DNA of 51,123 nucleotides, from the IMG/VR virus record IMGVR_UViG_3300048630_000722, positions 1 to 51,123 of that record. The stretch is one strand, 5' to 3'. Positions 18,155 to 28,036 of this stretch are shown one piece after another (the stretch's first letter is position 1; each line of letters opens with the position of its first letter). Source of the DNA: a virus (taxonomy: Duplodnaviria > Caudoviricetes). Position numbers and translations under genes: made by a program. Below the pieces are notes generated by a model that saw only the letters and a list, made by a program, of their open reading frames with translations, was not told the DNA's origin and searched no databases.

Positions 18155-19405
18155 ATGCAGACCGCAACGCTCGCCTTCGTGGTCGAAGGCGGATGGCTCA
18201 CCGAACACTGCCGCGCCCTCGTCAGGGAGGGCCGCTGGCGCCACGCGCTCGACACGCTCGACGCGCTGCACGGAATGACCCGTGACGTGGCCGAGGCGAT
18301 CCTGAAGGGGCAGAGCCGCCTCGTCGGCGACTCCTCTGAGGGGATCAGCCTTGCGCCCGAGGCGGAGGCGGTCCGGGCCGAGACCGAGGAGCACCTGCGC
18401 TGGGCCTTCGGCGGGATGTACTACGACTCAGCGAACGGCCGGCACTACCGCCCGCAGGCCATCGTGCACCAGTACGGGCCGGCCAGCGAGGACTACGCCG
18501 AGGAACAGGTCGGTTTCAAGCCGGGCAGGCGGACGTCGATGCGGGACGTCTTCGCAAAACGGTTCTACGAGAAGAAGGTCATGTTCTTCGCGGACGACCG
18601 TGAGCGCGACGTCGTCCGTGAGGTCAACGTCCCCCTCGTCAAGGGCACGCTCGAACCCCGGCCGACGACGCCCGGTGACGAGAACGCCTACAGAGACCGG
18701 CGGCCGGTCATCTTCGGCTACGTAGAGGACCCTCCGCCCTGGGCCGAGCGGTTCAAGAACGACGCGCAGGGCGCCCTAGACGACTTCCTCGGAGGCGGGG
18801 GCGGGCTCCCGGTCCGGAACGACCGTTCCAGCAGGGACCCGGCTCCCGTGTTCCGTTGGGACAAGCCGACGCCGGAGACCGAGGCCGCGGACCGGTTCGA
18901 GGACGCCGTGGAGTCCATGACGAGGAAGATGGACGCCGAGGCCGACATGGTCCTCGGGGAGTACGTAGAGGACTCGCTCGGCCGCGCGAACCGCATGGCC
19001 GCCGCGGGGATTCCGGGCTACAGCGTCGGCGACTACATCAACGACCGAGCAGCCGGGGACCGAGAGGCGGAGCGCGGCGCGCCCGTCCCGGACACCGCGT
19101 TTCAGTACCGAGGCGGCTACGTGACGGAGGACGGCAAGTTTTACGGGTGCCCGTACCACGCCCACGACCAGCTGGCCCGCCGGCTCCTCATCCACAAGTA
19201 CGGCGTTCCCGAGTCCGACATCGAGAACCCGCAACGGATGATAGACGGCCGGAACGTCGTCCACGTCCAGGACGCAAAGCTGATGGGCGGCGTGCAGTTC
19301 TACGTCAAGGGCCGCGACTACGTCAGCCAGAGGCAACTCGACACCGTCTGGGACTACTGCACGAAATGGGGCGTCAAGATGCCGGACCACCTGACCGTCC
19401 GCTAG
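18155..19405 (+). CDS. Hypothetical protein (counter-oriented moron)
   Basis: 416-aa ORF with its own leader and a downstream GC hairpin; visibly less GC-rich than its flanks. Confidence 0.8.
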   Translation: MQTATLAFVVEGGWLTEHCRALVREGRWRHALDTLDALHGMTRDVAEAILKGQSRLVGDSSEGISLAPEAEAVRAETEEHLRWAFGGMYYDSANGRHYRPQAIVHQYGPASEDYAEEQVGFKPGRRTSMRDVFAKRFYEKKVMFFADDRERDVVREVNVPLVKGTLEPRPTTPGDENAYRDRRPVIFGYVEDPPPWAERFKNDAQGALDDFLGGGGGLPVRNDRSSRDPAPVFRWDKPTPETEAADRFEDAVESMTRKMDAEADMVLGEYVEDSLGRANRMAAAGIPGYSVGDYINDRAAGDREAERGAPVPDTAFQYRGGYVTEDGKFYGCPYHAHDQLARRLLIHKYGVPESDIENPQRMIDGRNVVHVQDAKLMGGVQFYVKGRDYVSQRQLDTVWDYCTKWGVKMPDHLTVR

Positions 19406-19426
19406 CCCCCCGGAGGGGGCCGGCGC

Positions 19427-19825
19427 CTACGCGGTGCCGGCCCCCTCCGCGTTGGCCTCCGCGGCGGCGAGGGCCGGGACGTCGAGGAGGACCGTGACGG
19501 CGAGCGCGGCGGCGCCGGGCTCCTGCGGGTCCGGGCGCGCGGCGACGGAGACGAGGGAGACGTGGGCCTCCGCGCGGACGGCCGCGGCGACGGCGACGCG
19601 GAGGGCCGGGAGCGCCGTCTGGATCGGGCGGTCGAGGAGGTCCGGGGGGAGCCCGAGGGACCGGCGCAGGGGGGCCTCCCCGCGGCGGACGCTGAGGCGG
19701 ACGCGGAGCCGCTGCAGGCACCGCCGGACGGCCCGCCCGTACGGGTCCTCCGTAGGCACGGGGCTCAGGAGCTCGAACGGGTCGTCGCCCGCGAAGCCGG
19801 GCCGGAGCGTGAGGACGGCGCGCAT
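19427..19825 (-). CDS. Baseplate wedge protein (gpW/gp25-like)
   Basis: LSVRRGEAPLRRSLGL..LDRP motif. Confidence 0.7.
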   Translation of the reverse strand: MRAVLTLRPGFAGDDPFELLSPVPTEDPYGRAVRRCLQRLRVRLSVRRGEAPLRRSLGLPPDLLDRPIQTALPALRVAVAAAVRAEAHVSLVSVAARPDPQEPGAAALAVTVLLDVPALAAAEANAEGAGTA

Positions 19826-19828
19826 CGT

Positions 19829-20344
19829 CTAGGCGGCGGGGGGGAGGGGGCGGTCCACGAACACGGCCCCGCGGGGGTCCACGTCGTCGTAGCCGCCCCG
19901 GGCGGTCGCGGCCGCGGCGGAGTACGGCGCGTCGGGGTCCGGGAGGCCGAGGAGCTCGACGTCGGCGTCGATCCTCAGCCCGGCCGCGTCGCCGCGCTTC
20001 GCCCGGACGCGCTCTAGGACGAACCGCCCGAGGTACTCGGCGCCGAGGAAGGCGTCGACGACCTCCCGGGTCTCCAGGGCCCGGACGACGGCGCCGTAGC
20101 GCTCGGCCGGCGTGCTCCGGTCCGTCCCGGCGCGGAGGTTCAGCGCGGCCCCGGCCGTGAACCGGAGCGTGAAGGCGAGCCGGCGGGGCTCGAACCCGGC
20201 CGCCTCCAGCTCCGCGGGCGCGTCGGGCGTGAGGGAGACGGCGTACCGGGCCGCGTGCTCGACGGTCAGGTCCCGGGGCCCGTCTAGGACGTCGAGCTCC
20301 AGGGCGCCGGACTCCGTGCCGAGGGTGAGGGGGGAGCGGGGCAT
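19829..20344 (-). CDS. Tail protein (P2 gpU-like)
   Basis: ARYAV..PAELEAAG..LGAEYLGRFVLE pattern and position. Confidence 0.6.
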   Translation of the reverse strand: MPRSPLTLGTESGALELDVLDGPRDLTVEHAARYAVSLTPDAPAELEAAGFEPRRLAFTLRFTAGAALNLRAGTDRSTPAERYGAVVRALETREVVDAFLGAEYLGRFVLERVRAKRGDAAGLRIDADVELLGLPDPDAPYSAAAATARGGYDDVDPRGAVFVDRPLPPAA

Positions 20345-20348
20345 CCGT

Positions 20349-20990
20349 CTACGTGCTGCTGGTGTGCTTGCTCTCGCCGTCCGGGTGCGGGGCCGGCAGG
20401 TACGTCGGCGCCTGCGGGTCCGGGTGCCCGCCCGTGGGCGGCTTCGCTACGTGGAGCTTGAACGCGGTCTCTAGGCGCTCGAACCGGGCGCGGACGGCGG
20501 GCCAGAGCGCGACGGGCACGGCGGAGTCCCGGTCCCCGAACGTGAGCCGGTCCGCGCTCTCGACGTGGACGTTCCGCGGGCTGGAGACCTCCACGCCCCC
20601 CTCCGGGTCGTAGGCGAACCGCGTCCCGTCGGGGGCGGCCCAGGCGAAGGCGCCGGCCCGCAGGGCGGCCGCGGACGGCGCGCCGCCGCCGTGCCCGGGG
20701 AGCGCCGCGCCGGAGAGCGTGACGGCGCCGAGGACGACGGCGGAGAGCGCGGCGCCGGCCTCCGGGGGCGCGGTGACGAGGGCGACGCAGAGGGCGCCGA
20801 CGGGCGGGAGGGCCGCGGTCCGGGGCCCGTCCTCCGCCCCGGCCGCGTGCGCGTGCAGGACGGGGAGGAAGTCCGTCACGTACGCCCCCCCCGACTCCGC
20901 ACGGAGGTCCGGGGCGTCCAGGCGGACGCGCGTGCCGTCCGCGGAGTGCTCGCGGACGAGGCCGAGGAAGGCGGGGGGGAAGGACGGCAC
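20349..20990 (-). CDS. Baseplate spike (gpV-like)
   Basis: N-terminal OB-like TDFLPV..LPPVG, DGTRFAYD, and a His-containing tip. Confidence 0.7.
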   Translation of the reverse strand: MPSFPPAFLGLVREHSADGTRVRLDAPDLRAESGGAYVTDFLPVLHAHAAGAEDGPRTAALPPVGALCVALVTAPPEAGAALSAVVLGAVTLSGAALPGHGGGAPSAAALRAGAFAWAAPDGTRFAYDPEGGVEVSSPRNVHVESADRLTFGDRDSAVPVALWPAVRARFERLETAFKLHVAKPPTGGHPDPQAPTYLPAPHPDGESKHTSST

Positions 20991-20994
20991 GGGG

Positions 20995-22086
20995 TCAGAG
21001 GGAGACGAGGGTGAGCGACTGAGACAGGGCCTCGCCGTCCGAGCGGACCGTGCTCTCGGTGCAGAGGCGGCGGCCGGAGCGGGAGCCGAGGCCGGCGAGG
21101 TCCACGACGGTCCCGGCCGCGACGCGGAGGTCGGCCGGGCGGAGGTCGACCCGGGCCTCGCTCCCCGCCCGCGCGCCCTCCCGGAGCGCGGCGCGGCAGA
21201 GCGCGCGGGCCTCCGCCTCGCTCTCCACGCGCGCGCGGATCGTCAGGACCTCCGGCGTCCGGCCGTCCGCGCCGGCCTCCGTGTCGCCCACGGAGACGGT
21301 GACGACCTTCCCTGTCCCCGCGCTGAGGTAGTCGCACCGGGCCCCGGCGGCGCGGCGGCCGAGGCGCCGGGGGACGTCGTACCCCTGCACCGCGCGGGCG
21401 TCTAGGGTGACGGCGTCCGTTCCCGCGAGGCCGCCCTCGTCGTAGACCGTCACGGCGAGGCCGCCGCCCTGCCGCTCCCCGCGGGACCGGACAGACAGGT
21501 GCAGGCCGAACCGACGGCAGAGCCGGGAGAGGAACGCCGCGTCGCTCTCGGCCGCCTGGTCCGCGCGGCCGAGGGGCGGGTCCGCGGCAGCGAGGTAGGA
21601 GAGGGCGAGCCCGTGCCGCTGAGCGACGGCGGCGCAGACGGCGCGGAGGCTCCCCGCGCCCTCGTAGCTCACCGTCCGTTTCCGCTGCCGAAACCCGTCC
21701 GCGGGGGAGCCGAACGCGACGGCCGACTGCGCCTTGACGGTGAGGAGGGAGGGGGCGGGTCCGGAGGCCTCGTCCTCGTCCACCTCGAACGTGCCGAGGG
21801 GGAGGACGAGCGGGCGGGTCCCGGACAGGTGCGGCGGCGTGAGGACGGCCGTGAGCCGCGCGCCGGGGGCGAACTCCCAGGAGGCCGTGCCGGCGTAGGC
21901 GCCCCGGCCCGTGAACCGGCCGTCGGCGTCCTTCAGCGTGACGGACAGCGTGTCGGCCTCGCCCCGGCTCCGGTCCGTGTAGGAGAACCCTCGGACGAAC
22001 GGGGAGAGGTCCCGCGTCACGTCCGTCGCGGCGCCGCCGGGCTCCGCGTAGGTGAGGGCAAGGGAGTAGGGGACGAGGCGGGCCAT
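20995..22086 (-). CDS. Baseplate hub / late control D-like protein
   Basis: YTDRSRGEADTLSVTL, LGTFEVDE and QAAESDAAFLSRL motifs. Confidence 0.85.
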   Translation of the reverse strand: MARLVPYSLALTYAEPGGAATDVTRDLSPFVRGFSYTDRSRGEADTLSVTLKDADGRFTGRGAYAGTASWEFAPGARLTAVLTPPHLSGTRPLVLPLGTFEVDEDEASGPAPSLLTVKAQSAVAFGSPADGFRQRKRTVSYEGAGSLRAVCAAVAQRHGLALSYLAAADPPLGRADQAAESDAAFLSRLCRRFGLHLSVRSRGERQGGGLAVTVYDEGGLAGTDAVTLDARAVQGYDVPRRLGRRAAGARCDYLSAGTGKVVTVSVGDTEAGADGRTPEVLTIRARVESEAEARALCRAALREGARAGSEARVDLRPADLRVAAGTVVDLAGLGSRSGRRLCTESTVRSDGEALSQSLTLVSL

Positions 22087-22087
22087 C

Positions 22088-22306
22088 TCAGCGCTTCCAG
22101 GGCGGGAGCGTCACGGCCGGCCCGGACGTCGCCGCCCGCGCGGTCTCGTCCGGGAGCGTGAGGACGGACCCGCCCGGGACCGTCGGGCGGACGGCGAGGA
22201 GCGGGTTGAGGCGGAGGAGGTCCGCCTGCCGGTCCTCGGACCCTAGCAGGTCGGCGGCGAGCGCGTCCCATTCGGCGTCGGCGGGCACGGTGTAGGTCCG
22301 GGGCAT
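22088..22306 (-). CDS. Tail protein X (LysM-like)
   Basis: WDALAADLLG..LLRLNP..LPPW motif. Confidence 0.8.
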   Translation of the reverse strand: MPRTYTVPADAEWDALAADLLGSEDRQADLLRLNPLLAVRPTVPGGSVLTLPDETARAATSGPAVTLPPWKR

Positions 22307-25071
22307 CACTCGTAGTCGGCGAAGCTCACGCGGCGGCGCTCGCGCTCCATGTCGCGGACGACGCGGCGGACGGCCTCCTCTAGCCGCGGGACGGCGGCCT
22401 CCGCGCCGCGCCGGACGGCGGCCTCCGCCTCCGGGGAGGCCCCGCGCGCGTCGACGTTGAGGGTGAGGGAGAGCCCGCCGGAGGGGGCCGGGGCGGAGCC
22501 GGGGCGGGGGGACGGCGAGAGCGGGGCGACGCCGGCGCCGAGCGGGGCGGGCGTCCGGGAGCGGAGGCCGGGGAGGTCCGGCCGCTCCGCGCTCACCCGG
22601 GGGGCGAGGCGGAGGGCCGGGACCGCCGGGCGGTCCGCGGCGCGGGCGGCCTCCCGGAACGCGCCCGTGAGCGCGCGGGCGAGCGGGCGCGGCGTGACGG
22701 ACGAGGCGGCGAGGTCCATGAGGGACTTGCCGGCCGTGTTGTAGGCGGTCAGGGGGCCCTCCCGGACGGGGGAGCCGGGGACGAGGCGGCGGAGCGGGGC
22801 GAGGGCCGACTTCGCCGCGTCGAACAGGGCCCCCGCGGCGGACTTGATGCCGGAGGCGATCCCGCGGATGAGCGCGCGCCCGGCGTCCTTCCAGGAGCCG
22901 CCGGACGTGAGCGCCTTGATCGCGGCGAACGCCCCGCGGATCGCGGAGAGGAACAGCCCGAGCGGGCTGATCTGGAACGCGAGGCGGATGCCGGCGCCGA
23001 TGAGCTTCAGGGCGGGCCAGAGCGCGCGGGCGACGGAGACGACGCCGCTGATCGTCCCGGCGACGAGGCGGACGGCGGGGACGAGCGTGGCGCCGAGGAC
23101 GCGGCCGACGGTCCGGCCCGCGGCGGCGATCCGCCCGAGCGACTCGGCCGACGGGTCGGACTGCCGGAGGAGCCCGGAGAAGAACCGGCCCGCGGCGGAC
23201 GCTACGGACCGGAGGCCGTCGAGGAGCGGGCGGAGCTCGCCGAGGGCGGGGGCGAGGGCCTCCCGGAGCCCGTCAAAGACGCCGCCGAAGAACGCCTTCA
23301 GCGGCTTCCAGTACTTGTAGACGAGGACGGCCGCGGCGACGACGCCGGCGGCGACCCAGGTGAGGGGGTTGGCGAGGAGGGCGGCGGAGAACGCGAGGGC
23401 CGCCTTCGTCGCCGCGGCGAGGGACCCGACGACGGACGCGACGGCCCCGCGGGCGAAGGAGACGAGGGCGGCCCGGCTGCTCAGGACGGCGACGGCCTGC
23501 CGGGCGAAGGCGTCCGCGGCGACGGCCGCCCGGATCGGGAGCGCGACGAGGGAGACGGCCGCGGCGAACGCGGCGGCGCGGAGGGAGACGAGGGCGGCGG
23601 CCGCGCGGGCGCGGGCCGCCGCCCCGAGGATCGTGAGCGCGCCCGCGCCCCGGAGGCTCGCCGCCGTCGCCGCGCCCTCCGCTACGGCGTAGGACCGGGC
23701 GGCGACGAGGGCGGTGAGGTAGTGCCCGCGGAGGAGGCGGAGGCGGACGCTGAGCCCGGCGTAGGCCCGGAGGGCGACGGCGGCGCCCTGCGCCGTGAGC
23801 CCGAGCGTGGTGAGGAGCACGCCGCCGGCCACGGCCGCGGCGCTGAACGCCGCGGTGACGAGGACGAGGCCGCGGACGACGGCGGGGTTGGCCCGCGCGT
23901 ACTCCCGGAACCGGTTGACGAAGGCGCCGAGGCGGGCGGAGCCCGCTTTGAGCGCGGGGGTCAGCGCGTCGCCGACGGTGATCCGGACGTCCCGGAGCTG
24001 GTTCCGCGTCACGCCGAGGAAGGCGTTGAGCGTCCCCATCTTCCGGCCGTACTCGTCCGTCAGGCTCCCCGCGTACGCGGCCTCCGCGCCGTACTCCTTC
24101 AGGCGCTCCCGGGCGCCTTCGAGGCGGGGGAGGATGCCGGCGAGGTTGTCGGCGAAGTCCTGTCCGACGATGAGGCTGAGCGCGGCGACGGGGTTCTCCG
24201 AATCGCGGACGGCCTCCAGGAAGCTCAGGACGCCCTCCGTGCCGTCCCGCTGCGTGAGCCGGCCGAGCTCGGCGACGTCGAGGCCGAGGCCCTGGATCGC
24301 CCTCTGCGCCGTCTTGCTCTGCGCCTCCCCCGTGGCCAGCCGGGAGACGAGCGTCGTGAACGCGCGCCCGGCCGTCTCCGGGGGGTCGCCGAGGGCGAGG
24401 AACTCGGTGCCGAGGACGCCGACCTCCTGCGCGGTCATCTTCATCTGCGCGGCGACGCCGCCCGCGCGCCGCGTGAACTCCAGGAGGTCGGCGGCCCGCG
24501 CGTCGCTCGTGTCGCTGAGCTCGTTGAGGGCGTCGAGGACCGGGCGGAGGTCCTTGACCCCGAGCGAGAACTGGTTGCGGAGGACGGCCACGGAGTCGCC
24601 GGCGGACTCCGCGCTGACCTCGTAGGCGACCGACGCCTGCTCTACGAGCCGGGTGTACTCGGCGAGGTCGGAGAACGCGATCCCGCGCTGCCCGCCGGCC
24701 GCGGCGATCCCGGCGTGCTCCTCGTGCGTGAGCCGGGACTGCACGGCCATGTCGCGGAGGTCCCGCCGGAACCCCGCGAACTCCTCGCCGGAGACGCCGC
24801 GGAGCACCTTCTCGACGTCCGTCATGGACTCCTCGAACTCGGCCGCCGCGCGGACGCCGGAGTAGAGCCCGGCGCCCACGGCGACGCCGCCCGCGGTGAG
24901 GGCGAGGCCGGCGTTGCGGAGCCGCTGCCCGGACGTCTCCAGGGCGTCGGCGACGCGGAGGGCGCTCCGCTCCGTCCGCGTGAGCCGCTTGTCGAGGGCC
25001 TGGAGCCCGGAGGCGACCTTGTCGGCGCCCTCTAGCCCGAGGTGCAGGCCGGCCCGGAACGTCGCTGTCAT
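22306..25071 (-). CDS. Tape measure protein (TP901-like core)
   Basis: 921 aa, Ala-rich; FEESMTDVEKV and LLANPLTWV..YKYW motifs. Confidence 0.9.
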   Translation of the reverse strand: MTATFRAGLHLGLEGADKVASGLQALDKRLTRTERSALRVADALETSGQRLRNAGLALTAGGVAVGAGLYSGVRAAAEFEESMTDVEKVLRGVSGEEFAGFRRDLRDMAVQSRLTHEEHAGIAAAGGQRGIAFSDLAEYTRLVEQASVAYEVSAESAGDSVAVLRNQFSLGVKDLRPVLDALNELSDTSDARAADLLEFTRRAGGVAAQMKMTAQEVGVLGTEFLALGDPPETAGRAFTTLVSRLATGEAQSKTAQRAIQGLGLDVAELGRLTQRDGTEGVLSFLEAVRDSENPVAALSLIVGQDFADNLAGILPRLEGARERLKEYGAEAAYAGSLTDEYGRKMGTLNAFLGVTRNQLRDVRITVGDALTPALKAGSARLGAFVNRFREYARANPAVVRGLVLVTAAFSAAAVAGGVLLTTLGLTAQGAAVALRAYAGLSVRLRLLRGHYLTALVAARSYAVAEGAATAASLRGAGALTILGAAARARAAAALVSLRAAAFAAAVSLVALPIRAAVAADAFARQAVAVLSSRAALVSFARGAVASVVGSLAAATKAALAFSAALLANPLTWVAAGVVAAAVLVYKYWKPLKAFFGGVFDGLREALAPALGELRPLLDGLRSVASAAGRFFSGLLRQSDPSAESLGRIAAAGRTVGRVLGATLVPAVRLVAGTISGVVSVARALWPALKLIGAGIRLAFQISPLGLFLSAIRGAFAAIKALTSGGSWKDAGRALIRGIASGIKSAAGALFDAAKSALAPLRRLVPGSPVREGPLTAYNTAGKSLMDLAASSVTPRPLARALTGAFREAARAADRPAVPALRLAPRVSAERPDLPGLRSRTPAPLGAGVAPLSPSPRPGSAPAPSGGLSLTLNVDARGASPEAEAAVRRGAEAAVPRLEEAVRRVVRDMERERRRVSFADYE

Positions 25072-25234
25072 CGGCCCCCCTTGTTCTTCAGGCGCTTCGC
25101 CTCCTCCGCGTGTCGGCGCGCCTCGGCCGCGTCGGCGGCCGCGAGCGCGGCGTAGAGGTCAGCGGCGTCCTCCGCGTCCCAGTCCAGGGCGCCCGCGCCA
25201 CAGCGGGCGCAGAGGGCGGCCCAGGCGGACACCG

Positions 25235-25738
25235 TTAGTCGTTTCCCCCCGCGCGCCCGAGGAACACGCGGACGAGCGCCGTGCTGTCCTCGCTGTCGAG
25301 GGCCAGGAGGTCGTGGTACGTGCCCCGGACCCAGTCCCCGCCGCGGTAGAAGTCCGTGACGAGGGCCATGAGGGCGTAGGCCCCCTCCGTCGCCGTCGGC
25401 TCCGCGTCCTTCCCGTGCTCCTGCCGGGCCGCGTTCAGGGCGTGCCGCTCGCTGGCGACCTCCTCCCGGCCGGTGTGCCGGAAGATCCGGAACGGGACGC
25501 GGCTGAACGGGAGGACGCCGGACCCCTTCACGGTCCGGTCCCCGACGCGGTCGCCCGCCCGCGGGAGCGAGCCGGGCAGGACGAACGCGTGGTCGGCCGC
25601 CTTCGTGGCGTCCGTCTGCGCGGCGTCCGCGTGCGCGGTGCTCAGCGGGGCGTCCGTCCGCTCCGCCTCCGGGCGGGCGGTGACGGGCGCGCCGGTCGGC
25701 GCGGGGGCGGTCTGCGGGGCGGTCTGCGGGGCGTCCAT
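25235..25738 (-). CDS. Tail assembly chaperone (gpG-like; -1 frameshift form ends at 25068)
   Basis: Lies between tube and tape measure genes and ends with a G GGA AAC slippery site. Confidence 0.75.
   Translation of the reverse strand: MDAPQTAPQTAPAPTGAPVTARPEAERTDAPLSTAHADAAQTDATKAADHAFVLPGSLPRAGDRVGDRTVKGSGVLPFSRVPFRIFRHTGREEVASERHALNAARQEHGKDAEPTATEGAYALMALVTDFYRGGDWVRGTYHDLLALDSEDSTALVRVFLGRAGGND
25241..25247 (-). other. -1 frameshift heptamer G GGA AAC (G/GT type)
   Basis: The -1 frame GKRLTVSAW...NKGGR runs to 25068 and overlaps the tape measure ATG. Confidence 0.8.
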
Positions 25739-25780
25739 GATCGGCGGCGGGGGCGGTGAGGGGCGGGTGTAGCGCGGGCG

Positions 25781-26296
25781 CTACAGGTTGTCGTTGAGGC
25801 CGGCGAGGAGGTCCGTCCCGTTGACGATGAGCACGCGGGCGGCCGGGTCCGCCTCGAACACGACGTCGCCGTCGAGGGTGACCTTCAGGTACTGGACCGA
25901 GCACGGGATCTCCGGCTCCGCCTGCTCGCCCGGCGTCACGGCGCCCGGGGTGAACCCCTTCGGCTGCAGGACCATGAAGGCGCGGCCGGGCACGTCGACG
26001 CGGCCCTTCGCGCCGGCGTCGTAGCCGTCCTCGACCCAGCGGACGTCGACCTCGTGCCGGTTCCCGGGGCCGAGGACCTTGCCGAGGACGGCCTTGCTCA
26101 TCCCCTTCGGCTTGATCGTCGCCTCCATCGCGGAGGACAGCCGGGGCATGACGACCTCGAGGACGCCGGCCATGCCCATCGCCGTGAGCTCGTCCGCGTC
26201 GAACTCGACCTCGGGGAGGTCGACGTCCGCGGTCTGCGGGAGGCGGGCGCCGTCGACGTAGACGGAGGTCCCGTGCACCTTGTGGTTGTAGATCAT
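25781..26296 (-). CDS. Tail tube protein (P2 FII-like)
   Basis: ATG 26296; VDLPEV..GMAG..MEATI and VNGTDLLA motifs. Confidence 0.85.
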   Translation of the reverse strand: MIYNHKVHGTSVYVDGARLPQTADVDLPEVEFDADELTAMGMAGVLEVVMPRLSSAMEATIKPKGMSKAVLGKVLGPGNRHEVDVRWVEDGYDAGAKGRVDVPGRAFMVLQPKGFTPGAVTPGEQAEPEIPCSVQYLKVTLDGDVVFEADPAARVLIVNGTDLLAGLNDNL

Positions 26297-26349
26297 CGCG
26301 GCGGGGTCAGGAGGGGCGCGGGAGGGCGGGCCGGGAGGGCGGGGCGGGC

Positions 26350-27618
26350 CTAGCCGGCGAGGGAGTCGAAGAAGCCGAGGTTCACGCTGAGCGGGACGTG
26401 GACCGTCTCCAGGGCCGGCGGCGGGAGGATCTCGGCGCGGTAGGTGACCTCCCCGGCCGCGAGCTTGTCGGCGGGGTTGTCCTCCGGGCGGTAGGAGGCG
26501 GAGAACCCGAGCGTGGCGCCCTCGGCCTTGTACCGGTTGCCGAGGAGCGTGAGGGCGTCCAGGCCCCGGTCGAGCGTCGCCTTCCGGAGCGGGGCGTCGA
26601 GGACCTCCGCGAGCGTGAGGACGGCGGCGTTGGCGAGGGCGTTGGCGGCGAGGCGGGCGGCGATGTCCCCGTTGAGGAGGCCGTCCTCGACAGTCTCCGC
26701 CGTCGGGGCCCCGTCGAGGTACGCCGAGGTGTGGTTGCCCTGCCCGGCGAAGCCGAGGCGCCCGCGGCGGCCGAACGTGAAGATGCCGGCCCGGCGGAGC
26801 GCGTAGACGTCCGCGCGGGTGAGCGCGACGGCCGGGCGGAGGGCCTGCAGGGGTTGCGAGGAGGGGGAGGCGGGGACGCCGCCGTTCTCGGCCGCGGCCG
26901 TGTAGAGCATCCCCGCCGCGTGGAGGCTCGCCGGCTCCTCCCGCGTGACGGACTCCCCGGCCCGGCTGAACTGCGCCGTGACGGCGGGCCAGCAGGGGAG
27001 GGCGTGCCCGTCGTTGAGGGCCGCGCCGCCGGAGCCGGCCGTGCCCTTCGCGGCGACGGCGGCCGTGGCGTTGTCCTGCGCGGGGGCGAGGTCCTGGAGC
27101 GCGAAGCCGTAGAAGCTCCGCTGGTTCCGGGCCGCCTTGTTCCGCAGGGCCTCCGTCACGGAGGCGTCCGTGCCGAACCCGGGAGCGAGGAAAACGGTCG
27201 GGACGTACCCCGTCTGCTCGTAGACGGCCTCCGTGACCTCGATGCCGGTGAGCGTCCCCGCCCCGTCGTCGGCGCCGGCCACGTCCGCGGCGTCCACGTC
27301 GCCGACGCCGCCGGCGTGGACGTCCGGGTCGTAGACGTTGACGAACAGGACGCGCGGGACGCGGTACCGGTTGAACAGGACCTCGGCGGCGACGCTCAGC
27401 GTGAACGTGTCGAACGCGCCGTCGGGCGCCTCCCCGAACTGCGCCTCGAAGTCCGCGAAGCTCTCGCACACGCGGGCCTCGTTGATCGGGCGGGCGGCCG
27501 CGTCCGCGATCTGGTCCACGGGAGCGGTGCCGAACACGATGGCGAGGACGCCGTCGGGGTCGGCGAGCTTCGGCGTGGTGCCGGAGGCGAACGAGGGGAA
27601 AACGCCGAACTGGGGCAT
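26350..27618 (-). CDS. Tail sheath protein
   Basis: FGTAPV, FVNVYDP, FLAPGF, SPSS and PPPALE motifs. Confidence 0.9.
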   Translation of the reverse strand: MPQFGVFPSFASGTTPKLADPDGVLAIVFGTAPVDQIADAAARPINEARVCESFADFEAQFGEAPDGAFDTFTLSVAAEVLFNRYRVPRVLFVNVYDPDVHAGGVGDVDAADVAGADDGAGTLTGIEVTEAVYEQTGYVPTVFLAPGFGTDASVTEALRNKAARNQRSFYGFALQDLAPAQDNATAAVAAKGTAGSGGAALNDGHALPCWPAVTAQFSRAGESVTREEPASLHAAGMLYTAAAENGGVPASPSSQPLQALRPAVALTRADVYALRRAGIFTFGRRGRLGFAGQGNHTSAYLDGAPTAETVEDGLLNGDIAARLAANALANAAVLTLAEVLDAPLRKATLDRGLDALTLLGNRYKAEGATLGFSASYRPEDNPADKLAAGEVTYRAEILPPPALETVHVPLSVNLGFFDSLAG

Positions 27619-27673
27619 CGGGGCGGGCGCGGGGCGCGGGCGTCAGTCTGAGGGGAGGCCGGGGAGTCCGGGC

Positions 27674-28024
27674 CTAGAGCTTCCGGAGCTTCTCGGCCTT
27701 GACGAGCTCGGCGACCTTCGGGTCGTCGGCCGGGAGGCGGAGGCGGCGGCGCGGCGTGAGCGTCCGGAGCGCGCCGCCGATGTCGGCGACGATGGCGTCG
27801 GAGCCCGTGATCTCGTACACGGCCGTCTCGCCGCTCGGCGCGGCCGGCGTCGCCTCCTCCGCGTCCTCGCCGTCCTCGTCGCGGTCGGCGATGAAGTCGC
27901 GGACGTTCGTGACGGTGATTTTGCCGCCCTTCCCGGTCCCGGTGATCTCGGACAGGTCGACGTCGTTCTCTTTGGCGAGGGTGACGGCGTCGTCGTAGGC
28001 GTTGGGGGCGTTGGAGTCGGCCAC
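27674..28024 (-). CDS. Small protein with E3-binding (PSBD)-like domain
   Basis: AVTLAKENDVDLSEITGTGKGGKITVTNVRDF matches the PSBD consensus. Confidence 0.7.
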   Translation of the reverse strand: MADSNAPNAYDDAVTLAKENDVDLSEITGTGKGGKITVTNVRDFIADRDEDGEDAEEATPAAPSGETAVYEITGSDAIVADIGGALRTLTPRRRLRLPADDPKVAELVKAEKLRKL

Positions 28025-28036
28025 GGGGCGCGGGGG

